A DNA stretch of 58,410 nucleotides, the filler included, from Sphacelaria rigidula (Eukaryota): the NCBI GenBank assembly GCA_964200075.2. It is 10 parts of 10 records of this genome, joined end to end, with 100 filler letters (N's around TTAATTAATTAA, not from the genome) between each part and the next. Parts side by side here need not be neighbours in the genome. Positions count along the whole stretch, not along the records: positions 46,809 to 52,559 come from CAXNAA020024746.1; positions 52,660 to 58,410 come from CAXNAA020024747.1; 8 more parts are not named here. One strand, given 5' to 3'. Below the pieces are notes generated by a model. It was not told where the DNA came from. It did no database searches and saw nothing but the letters and a program-made list of their open reading frames with translations. Position numbers and translations under genes: made by a program. Below are positions 48,650 through 58,410 of this stretch, one piece after another. How positions within the stretch are numbered: position 1 is the first letter of the stretch; each line of letters opens with the position of its first letter.

Positions 48650-49190
48650 AACGCGCGACGAAAACGATGATGATTGATGATGACGATAACGCCAATGGTG
48701 ACGATGACATATATAACAACTGAAATAGCGAGTATCATAGCAGATTTAGTGATGACAATAGCAAAAGCAGTAGCGGTAGCAATAGCAATAGCAATAGCAA
48801 TAGCAACAACAACAGCAACAGCGATACCAAGAGCGATATCGACAATGACGACAATGATGATAATGATGATGATGATAATGATAATGATATATGATGATTC
48901 CAACGCCAATGCTAAAATTGATGCTAGTACTGATGTTAATGCTGACAGTAATGCCTTTGCTAATGCCAATGATGATGATAATAATCAGATCATGATAGTA
49001 ATGATGATGACAAAAATGAGAGTGAAAATATTGATAATAATGATAATGATAACGATAATCCTAATGCTAATGCTAATCATAGTAATAATAATCATAATGA
49101 TGATACAAATAATTATAAGAATGATTATGATAACAACAATAATAATGACAACAATGATGATAACCAACAAAAACAGAAAAATATGAATGT
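48650..49190. repeat. Compound degenerate trinucleotide tract (ATG/ATA/GCA/ACA) in a KAS II intron
   Basis: Directly visible low complexity. Confidence 0.92.
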
Positions 49191-50321
49191 GCAAGATGAT
49201 GCTGACACTGTAGTTTTTTCAAACACACTCACATCAAAAAAAGAAGTTGTGAACATGAAAGAAAAGAAGCGAGGACAGGGAGAAATGATTGGGGTAGCAC
49301 ACAAAGTGTTTCTGAGACTGGTGTAAACACTGCATTTCAAGGGAGCCCATATGATCACTTTGGTCGAATGAAGCTTTCAGAATTTTCTCGGAAATTCATT
49401 ATGTAAAACAACGCTAACCCTAACCGTAACCCCAACTCAACGCATACCGAGAACCCTTGGACAAGAGGGGGGCACATGGTGCCCTAGTCAAAATTTGCGT
49501 TGAAAGACCTCACATCGGGCGAAAACATCTTCTGCGCATGCTAGGAGAACTTGTGACTATCTGCCCATTAAAGATCCAATAATCGGTATTTACAACATGG
49601 ATTCCTGGGAAAGTTTCACCAGACCAAGGGGTAAAATCTACTCTAACAACGACGACGACGCCAAATACATAATACCAACGTTGCTCGGCCACGCGGTCCG
49701 AAACTAAAACAATAATAACAACAGTAACAACAACAAGCACTTCGATATTCGAATTAGCCTAGACAAATGCACAACACACAACAACGGAAGCACGAATCTT
49801 CTTTTGCGGCAATAGGTATTCGATTGTCAAAAGTTAACTACTCGACAGACACTTTTCAGATTCTTCCCCTTTTATGTGGCGATTGGTATCCACATCCCCC
49901 CTCCCCCCCCCCCCCCCCGCCCTTCATGACCCTAATCGCAGATTCTTTGTGTGAAGACAAGACGTTTGGATGATGGAGGAGAACCTTCTTGGCCGGCTAG
50001 CGGTGAGGATATTCTTGCACCCATGTCTGTACGTCTATTGCGTGTGTAGGATTGTCAAGCCAAAATCTCCGCACAGCACTGTTCCAGCCTGGGATATATG
50101 ACCTCTCTGCTTCACCCACGAACTTTCCTTGTACCCCCCGAATGTTTCGATTACGTGACGCACGCGTAACTCACTTGGAGTGGATTTTCATGTTATTTTA
50201 TTTTTGTCGCGCTGGTGGCAGCCGGGATTCGAACCCCCGACCATTCATTCATGAAGCGTCGCCAACGTGAAAAGGTGATTTCCTCGTCAGGCACTTGTGG
50301 GAATTCCTCCCTTATACGCGG

Positions 50322-50408
50322 TGGAATACGCACTATTACGGGTTACAGATTACGGGTCACGGATTACGGATTATGGACTACGGATGGGGGATTCTTATGG
50401 ATTACGCA
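50322..50408. repeat. Degenerate 7-bp (GATTACG)n repeat
   Basis: ATTACGGGTTACAGATTACGGGTCACGGATTACGGATTATGGACTACGG. Confidence 0.8.
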
Positions 50409-50728
50409 TTAGACATATCTCTAGACATTGTCGGGTTCGATTCGCAGCACTTGCTTTTGGGGCTCTGAGGCTCAGTATTCACTTCCCCCTCTTCTTCCCT
50501 CAGGCTCTATTGTGCAAGCAAATTACTTACCCTTGAAGATCAATACGTACTCACTCAAACATGACCGCCGAAAGATGGACTACCTACTTGGCTGAGATAA
50601 GTTTTGCTGAACAACGTCAGGTCAGCCGCAGGCTTTGTATGGATTATGGATCATGACTGTGAAATATGGAGCCGGAGAATGTGGTGGAGGCGGCGGCGGC
50701 GGTGACCTTCGTTCTTCGTTTTTCGTAC

Positions 50729-50796
50729 CTGCCAGAACGAAACCGTCTCTTTCCTTGTCGAACGGTCTGGATGCCCTCTCGGGGTGGTCGTTAAAT
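50729..50796 (-). CDS. OXSM: 3-oxoacyl-ACP synthase II exon (FNDHPERASRPFDKERDGFVLA)
   Basis: AAG| acceptor, CAG|GTACGA donor, ASRPFDxxRDGFV motif. FNDxP and GDAHH suggest the mitochondrial rather than plastid enzyme (inference). Confidence 0.93.
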
Positions 50797-52559
50797 CTTT
50801 GTGGGTAAAAGAGGAAACAAACGAAAAAAAAGCGAAACGGAACACGCGAAGCGGAACAACACCGGAGCCGAAACGACACAACCGTGTCAGCAGCAGAGCA
50901 AAAAAAAGGCAGAGCGGCGTACGGACGTATTCGAGTACGTCAGCCACCCACCCTGATTGCTCATCATCATCATCGTGCGCAGTGATGAAAAGGAGAGAGA
51001 GAACCAGAGTAAGACAATGAGTCACAACAATGGTGTGAAAATGGAAAATAACGAAGTACATTCTCGCTTTTCAGAGTTTCGTCACCCTCCAGAAACGTCA
51101 CAGAATGGGATTAATCATATAATTGTAATTCTTTCGTTTTTATTTTTTGTTGGCTGTTTATAAGCAAAGTATGAGCAAATTTGATATTCTGGGTGCGCCG
51201 AGACCAAGTGGATGCTATAATACTCAGAATCGACAACGCGTTCTATTTCGCTAAATCATATACTTGATGCAAAAACGCAAGAGCCACAAAATTCAAGAAC
51301 AAAAGGTGCTGCTTGTGCTGCCTGGCTCAGAACACTGGAAGAAACTGTTCCGTACTGTACTGTACTGCACTGTACTGTACTGCAGGTTCTATCTAGATTA
51401 CCAGGACCGCTCTCTTGCTTTTCCTCCAGCAACAAAAATAACCACGTACTTCGAAGTATATTCGACTATGCACAATCCGATTCGTACATAACCGCAATTC
51501 GGTCGCTCAGCAGCGGTACATGGTAATGGTTCTTCCCCATCCACAAACTTCAGATCCCGGTGAGCTTTGATCCTCCACCTAAGAGAATACCATGTACATG
51601 TGTTGACGACACCTAAATGAGTACTTTTGTTCACATGCACACCGGAGACGAGTACCGTACGTGACAGGAAATTGGTCCGCCACTGACATCACTGAGCGTC
51701 CCAGAGACCGCTCACACATTTTTTTCTTCTTTTTCAAGTCACATTTTCTCCACCTTCCTCGGGACGGCTCCATGATCTCAAGGGATCAACCCATCTTCCC
51801 CCCCCTGTAAAGCACACACTCTTTGCCTTTCGGTGTCGCGGGTTGGATCATGACCAAACAATCCCGCACCGCGTCGAGTCTTGTCTGACAAACTCAGCCA
51901 AACGTATCTCTTTTTGGTACTGTTCACGTATTCACGTACGTCCTCACGCTTTCAACGGCGGAAAATCATATTAAAAAAAAAAAAAACTCAGACGCATCCG
52001 GCAGGAACCGAACCAGCGTTCTGCCCGCTGTAATGGTGTCAGTCAGTTTGACCCTTACTTGCACCACCGGAGCGCGACGTATACCCACACGGATGAGCCT
52101 CCGGTACCCTTGGTGAGGTCCGGCAACAAGAGCTCAAGGCAAAAGAGCCACCGCACCGCCAGGGAAACGCTCTGTGTCCCCGCCTACCCCCCCGGCCAAC
52201 GGCCAATCCTTGTTGTACACATATCAAGAGAGGAAAATACGACCCGCTTTGGGGAACCTTCGGCAACAGGACTATAGTAGCAATCTTTCTCAGGAGGAAC
52301 CATAGAGTAACCTTCTTCGCCCGTTACATGTAGACACGTGCCGTAGAATCCCAGCGGACGACTTGCATATAACTGTGTTGGACCGGGGGAAGGAGAGATA
52401 AAGTGGTCAATTATAAAATGAACACAGGTCAACCAGAGGTATAGCCCATACTTGCATTTCGTTGGTTCATCAATCGTGATTCGTAGGGTCCGTTTACACA
52501 ATTGGTACGAGAATAGTACGTACCACTGTTACATGTTGCTCCCTCCCTCCCCCCCCCCC

Positions 52560-52659
52560 NNNNNNNNNNNNNNNNNNNNNNNNNNNNNNNNNNNNNNNNN
52601 NNNTTAATTAATTAANNNNNNNNNNNNNNNNNNNNNNNNNNNNNNNNNNNNNNNNNNNN
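52560..52659. other. Artificial contig spacer
   Basis: N44-TTAATTAATTAA-N44. Confidence 0.99.
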
Positions 52660-52796
52660 AGGGATTGATTCGTCACGAGTCGACTCATCATACTAAAACC
52701 AAGTAATTTCCAGACGAAATATTTGTCCGCCACCTGCACTTTTCGTACCTTTCTTGGGCAAAAAATGAGAAGGTATACCTTTTCTAGGCCATTGCC

Positions 52797-53052
52797 CTAA
52801 AATCTTCGTGTCCACACCAAATATTCAAAGTATGCTTCCATCTCTTCACTTGCTGGTAGCTCTTGACAAATACTACACGCCATACAAATGTGGATTTCGA
52901 TAACCGAAGTATGAAATATGGGGGGTCCTGGGTGAAAAACCAACTTTGGTGGATTTTAGGTGAAGAAAGGGAAGCATACTTGGAAGATTTGGTGAGGAGA
53001 CAAATATTTCAATTCTCCGGGTGTTTATCCCCAATTTGTAAAATCCTGTGTT
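52797..53052. mobile_element. Internally deleted, diverged MITE family A copy
   Basis: TAAAATCTTCGTGTCCACACCAAAT ... CCCCAATTTGTAAAATCCTGTGTT terminus. Confidence 0.8.
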
Positions 53053-56000
53053 ACTCTCGCACCGCGTCAACTCACGTCAAACAAACTTAGTCGACTACTT
53101 CGTTAACTGACGTCATCACGTTTTCCTCGGTGAAAATCAGTTAATATACTGTACAACGAAGAAAAACACATTATTTGACGGAAACACCTTCAGTATTAGA
53201 GTAATGGCTGCGTACGTGTCCTCTTGCAACACAGAAATCTACCGTGGCTGAACGTTTCCGTGGGTGCTTTCAGCACGCATCCGACTCAGATTTGTACTTT
53301 GCATTACCTTCTCCGCCAATAAGCGGAACTTGCCCCGCTGCTCAAATAACTACGGGCTGTATATTGCTGGTTAGTCGGGGGGCGGCGAAGCTCTCAGGTT
53401 AATGTATGGTTGTCGGATTGGGGTTGTGTCACCCTTTCCGCATGTGCCCCAGCGGTTGTTACGTTCATGTTCCCCTCCAACAACTTATCGCCGGTTCGCG
53501 CCTACAGTGTGGATTCGACTTTGGTTTCGAGCATCGGTCGGTGTGACCAGGTTGGTTGACCATCTTCTTGGGGGATGCCATGGTATCGTACCGACACGAT
53601 CGCCGAGCATCAGTAGCAGGCAGATTTTCAAGAAACGTTTTTGCACTGTCCGTCTCGATAAGACGCGCCCTGATGAATGACAAACAAAAAAACATACATT
53701 TCCCGATATAACACCCTGACAACCGTGTGTTCAACTTCATGAAATCGGAGACAACCATGGCAGAACCACCACACGTCATCATGGTCATGTCACCCACAAG
53801 TCTTCCCGTCACTTTCCAACTTATAATTCGTTTTTGTGCAACAAACCAGCCAGATTTACACCAAATCGGGATATATATATTTTTATACGGAACAAAACGC
53901 AAATATCTCTTGGAACGCGTGCGTCAAATTAGAGTGCCGTGCACGACGACAACATGCGGCTTGATTCCGAACAACTGCAGTTGGCATGGAATCACATAAA
54001 TTAAAAATCCAACCTTAACAGACTGTACTTACTTAGCCCGACCATAATCTGCTCGCATAGTGGCCAACAAAATACAAAACACAACCAAAATGAAAAGAAG
54101 ACTGTTTCACCCACTACTGTAGTTACATGCAACAGTGTTCTCTTTACTCTTCCGCCATGAGGGTACGTCCCAGGATCACACAAAGAGACTGTCACGAGAT
54201 CAACTAAACCTTGCCGAGAACGGAACATTCCTGTCGAGACAAACAACTGCAGAAAAGTAGAACAAGGAAAGAAGACCGTCAAAAATATTGAATCGGAAGC
54301 AAGCGTAAAATGATACAACCCAAACCAATACAACGTCAGCACACATCGATTAGATAATGTTAAATGATTGACTCCTTCAAGAAAAAAAAAAAAAAAAAAC
54401 TCTCCCGCCTATCCGATGATCATCCACAACAAACAAATTCGAACGAATGAAGTCCATGCACCAAACAACACCGCACCAATGGAATCAGGAAATAGAAGAA
54501 CATATTTCAGAATCCACTCAGCCCATCACCATCCGTACACCTCTCAAGTCCATAACTCAGCTCCTTGTACTGTGTTTTCGATGCACGGCGCACGATAGCA
54601 GAGTCAACCCATACACAGCGGATTAAACCAAGATCACCACAAGAGATGAAGATGAGACCACAACAATACAACCCAGGTCACATTGGACGATACAAACCAT
54701 TTCACAACTGTCACAAGCGCAAGAAATGCCACGTCAACTGAACCAATACAGAACCAGAGGGTTCACCACAAGACCCCCCCCCCTCCTCCCCAAAACTATA
54801 CCCTAAATTTCACAAAAATAATCTTAATTTCGTAAAGGTTGATGATTGATGTACCAATAGCAAGCCGAGGAACAGAGTGCATATTGTAAAAGAAAAATGA
54901 AACTGTACTCTACATTGTGACCAATAACGATTGAGAGACCACGAACCGAAAAGACGACACGCAACACGACACAAAAAAGCCAGGGTGGGTACATCTCTCA
55001 GTCCCGGCACATGCACGCACGCACATGTGGACACGAACAAGCATATTCTTTTTCGGCCTTACTATATCATGAAAAATATTCTACATAACGGCCGAAACAT
55101 ACTACCGTAAAGTCGGTGTGAGCGCCTCTGCGCGCAGCCGCATCACCTGCAGGTGAGTGATCCAACGCACATGGACAACGAATTGCCCTCACTTCCCATA
55201 TATCGCCTAGATGCGGGAGCACTAGGTATTAACAACGGGTGAACCTACCGCCCCCCGTCCCCCCGCCCCCCCTTTCTCCTACCCCCTACGCAAAGCATGA
55301 GAGACACCCATGGAGCAGGGTGTAAGCTGTGGCTGTCTCTGGAAGTGGCGAGACAAGAAAATGAAGCAACTCATCCGAGGCTGCCATCCAAATAAAAGAG
55401 CATCAGTACGCTTCGAGCCGAACAAACGGGGCAGGATGCAGCTCACCCTTCATGCGATCGGTGTTTCGCGATCGGGGATTGATTGCGAGCCTGGTCCGGC
55501 GGAAACTCGGCGTGCTCCGTCCCGGCTTTGAAAGGATGCGAAGTCAATGGTCACACAAGCATGACATGCAAGATCATCAGTACACCCTCACCGCGAAGAC
55601 GCACAATGGCCCGGCAGCACACGCGGTAGCCCTGGCAACGACAAAACTTTACCGACTGTACCAGCACTGGTTCAGATCGAACCCTTCTGTGTTCGTTCTG
55701 CTCCTGCCATGTGCGCTAGCGACCTCCGCTGCTCCACGCTACATTCAAAGACGTTTCGGACGCCAACGCGTTAGCGTTTTCACGTAGTCGATCCAGAAAT
55801 GCTCCCCGTGACAGCATTTCAGGTACAAGAGATGGCGTCCCAGAATCACCCCAACCTCATCAACTGTTTTGTGGGTGAGCGGGGTTAAGGGAGACGCATT
55901 TTATGCGTTTACGGTTCGTGCTTGTGGGTGATCGTTGAGGTTGAGGCCCGCGGTCCATACACACGATTCCTAGATTGCTCATGTCTACAAGGTGACTTTC

Positions 56001-56577
56001 GAAACCGGAGCACAGGACATGTTCTTTTTTTCTCGCACACTGAATCACTGAATAGTCTCGGCTCCACAGCACTAGACGACACACAACGGAACTTAATCAT
56101 TCCGTTCACCCCTCACCCCGCCGTGCTCCATATAAAAGCCCGTCACCGCTCGACGCACACACACGCGCGCGCGCATCTTGGAGAGGAGACACGACCGCAC
56201 AACCTGGGGACACCGCACGCCCCTCACGTCACAATCCAAGCATGGCGTTGACTCTCGAGCAGCAGGAGCTTGCATTGGCTAAGGAGCAGGTCAATCAATC
56301 CTCATCATCTTGACGAGATGTTTGCCGACTATACAGGTACATACCCAAGTCATGAGCGCCGCTATGACCATTGTGAAAAAATCAACTCTGATATGAGGGA
56401 GGCAGGTGCCACAACCCCTCGGCCTTCCGGTAAATCCGAGAAGGCTCATCTCACCGCGCCCTCAGCCGCCTGCCCGTTTTTGGCTGGTTGCCCAGCCTCC
56501 CCTAATCCCCCCCTCACAAAATTTTGCGGTTCTTTATTCCACGCCACGTCCTCAGCATCGGCGTAAGGATTGCTCAC

Positions 56578-56670
56578 CGAAATGAGCCCGTTTCGACACG
56601 AGCTCCTCTCCAGGTACATGCGCTTGCCCCAGTGGAAGAGGAGCAGGTCAAACACGTTGTTCGTCAAGAC
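56578..56670 (-). CDS. Probable sulfotransferase, C-terminal region exon (VLTNNVFDLLLFHWGKRMYLERSSCRNGLIS)
   Basis: GGCAG| acceptor, TCG|GTGAGC donor, 93 nt, phase 0-0. N-x-x-D-x-x-L-[YF] helix motif. The exon is well supported and the product less so. Confidence 0.7.
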
Positions 56671-57371
56671 CTGCCGCGCACAGCGAAGGATGGGTGTAGG
56701 CGAGTGATGGGTGGATGAGGGACTGTGCGGAGTCGAGAGATCAGGGGTGTGCACCTTTAGCATGTGCGACAAGGAAGAACACTTCCCCCCGTCTCAGCAT
56801 CGCTCATCGCCGCCGCCCTGAAACTCCAGGGGCGGCCGTCTGCATACGTGTAACACACGGTAAAGAGCACGCTATCAACACCTTGCTAACATTAAAACGG
56901 CAGTATTCACATGAGTACTGTTGGACACGAACCTCTCCACCATAAATTGCCTCGAGAAAGGACGGCACAGGTTAACTTTTGAGACGGAACATGCGGCCGA
57001 TCGGATAACGGCGATTACCCGCAACTTAACTTGCAATAGTACTGATTCACCCACTGTACGGCTTAGTAACCTGGTGCTAAAGTAAGCGCCGACCTACCGT
57101 AAGCGACACCCTTTAACGACAACAGGTGAACGCCCTTCGGGATGCGCTCTGTTACGTGTTGGATTTTTGCGGTATATTTTCTCATAATTTCAATATACAT
57201 GCTCTGTACAGTAGAGAGATGGACTGCACGCGGTGCGCGCCCAAGGCGTATGCGTCACCGATGCCGCTGTCGAACCCCTGCCTCAGCTGCGTCCCCGCCC
57301 GGACGATGATGAAAAAATGACGTCCGTCTCACAGATGAGGAATAATTTGATGAGAGGTTTACAGTTCATAT

Positions 57372-57585
57372 GAATAACACTTCAGCGACCCAAAGCCTGG
57401 ATAATGACCAACTCTACACTGCAGATTGTACTCACGTCATGTTCGTGCTATGGTTTTGAGTATTTGTTAGTATCCGTTGAAATTACCAACAAATACTCAA
57501 AACCATAGCACGAACATGACGTGAGTACAATACTGCAGTGTAGAGTTGGTCATTATCCAGGCTTTAGGTCGCTGAAGTGTTATTC
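57372..57585 (-). ncRNA. Near-perfect intronic fold-back (~101-bp stem, 11-nt loop), candidate miRNA/siRNA precursor or young MITE
   Basis: Arms 57372-57472 and 57484-57585 differ by two substitutions and one bulge. The hairpin is certain and the ncRNA function is inferred. Confidence 0.5.
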
Positions 57586-57847
57586 TTCATTTACCTTTGG
57601 TGTTCCTGCTGGTCAAAATTCTAGCAACGCAGACTACGGGACATAAGACCTCTTCACTTAGTGCCGGAATATTCAAACATATGTGTATGTTGAGAGATTT
57701 TTGTATGCCATGAAGTGCCGACTTCTGTACCCCCATAGCGTAGTCATGAACCATCCCGGGTCTCTTTTTCACCCATCATATGATATTGCCTACCCGTTTT
57801 CATTGTTCAGTCTATATCCTTCGCCTCGTTTGTCGGATGAAGCTCAC

Positions 57848-57934
57848 CTCTTTCCACACATTGGGGTGCAGTGCCTCTCTTGCGGGAATGGACTTCTTGT
57901 CTTGTCGCTTCGCTTGCCTCTCGTGCGGCAATAC
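57848..57934 (-). CDS. Probable sulfotransferase exon (VLPHERQAKRQDKKSIPAREALHPNVWKE)
   Basis: CTAACAG| acceptor, GAG|GTGAGC donor, 87 nt, phase 0-0. Splices in frame to 56670-56578. Confidence 0.7.
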
Positions 57935-58410
57935 CTGTTAGCATCATCACAGCCATACGTTCACTCATCGGCTGACATAGCTCATCGAAAGGGGAAGGGT
58001 GGGATCTGCCACCCTGAAGCTTTCACCCTGGAGAAGACTAACGTCCCGGCGTAGAGTACGACTCCACTACCCTCCACCTGGTTTTGCGGGTGAACGCGGG
58101 ATGTGATTTGATGCCCACGGACCTTTTGGTGCAAGATCACGGCGAATGAAACGATGGAGCTGCGAAAGCACGATAGAATTAGCTGCTTCTAACATGTCGA
58201 TACGAGTAACTTCAACGAGACTTCACCAACAGCCTGCGCATGAGAGACGTCACCCTGAGTCTGATAATTTAGAGCTGGACTGTCTACCCGCAATTGCACG
58301 TATATTCTACAGGGGGGGGGGGGGGGGGGGGGGGTTTTTTTAATAAGTCTTACCATAGGATGTAGGTGATGAACCTAGCTCCATTCAGAACGCGGGACGG
58401 AGCGCGCCGG

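Noticed and set aside
48544..49194. Membrane proteins from the poly-Ile/Met/Ala ORFs
   Set aside because: Translations of an intronic trinucleotide tract between two in-phase KAS II exons.
49414..49437. Telomeric repeat (CTAACC)n
   Set aside because: Only about four degenerate units inside an intron.
52090..52210. Upstream KAS II exon
   Set aside because: No frame gives the expected GGxE...GF...ALS sequence, so that exon is probably outside the segment.
6919..57934. A sulfated-polysaccharide gene cluster (nucleotidyltransferase plus sulfotransferase)
   Set aside because: The genes lie in different artificially joined segments, so there is no evidence of linkage.

Overview
The window is not one locus. 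It is ten segments of exactly 5751 bp each, joined by nine artificial 100-bp spacers (N44-TTAATTAATTAA-N44), so nothing can be inferred from synteny across spacers. The DNA is eukaryotic, repeat-rich and intron-rich, with short GC3-rich exons and GT-AG introns. A brown alga or related stramenopile is likely, but that is inference from style. Recognisable partial genes: five in-phase exons of an unusual sugar-1-phosphate nucleotidyltransferase (6919-10497, -), the last exon of SNW1/SKIP (25335-25463, +), three exons of a mitochondrial-type KAS II (OXSM/FabF; 47527-50796, -), two exons of a probable carbohydrate sulfotransferase (56578-57934, -), the last three exons of an unknown protein (39449-40506, -) and a few orphan exons. 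Mobile DNA dominates: a decayed Copia with a 3' LTR and an internal ~850-bp fold-back, a decayed Gypsy, a second Gypsy-like 3' end with chromo-like and Tudor-like domains, fold-back MITEs with 4-bp TSDs, 98-bp piggyBac-type MITEs, tRNA-derived SINEs, retroposons sharing one 3' tail, and a 41-bp minisatellite. Most ORFs in the supplied track are spurious. The best leads are the Copia fold-back, the nucleotidyltransferase, the chromo+Tudor retroelement end, the near-perfect intronic hairpin at 57372-57585 and the RACAC/4-bp-TSD MITEs. No CRISPR array, rRNA or intact tRNA gene was found, and I cannot establish a new multi-gene system from this window.
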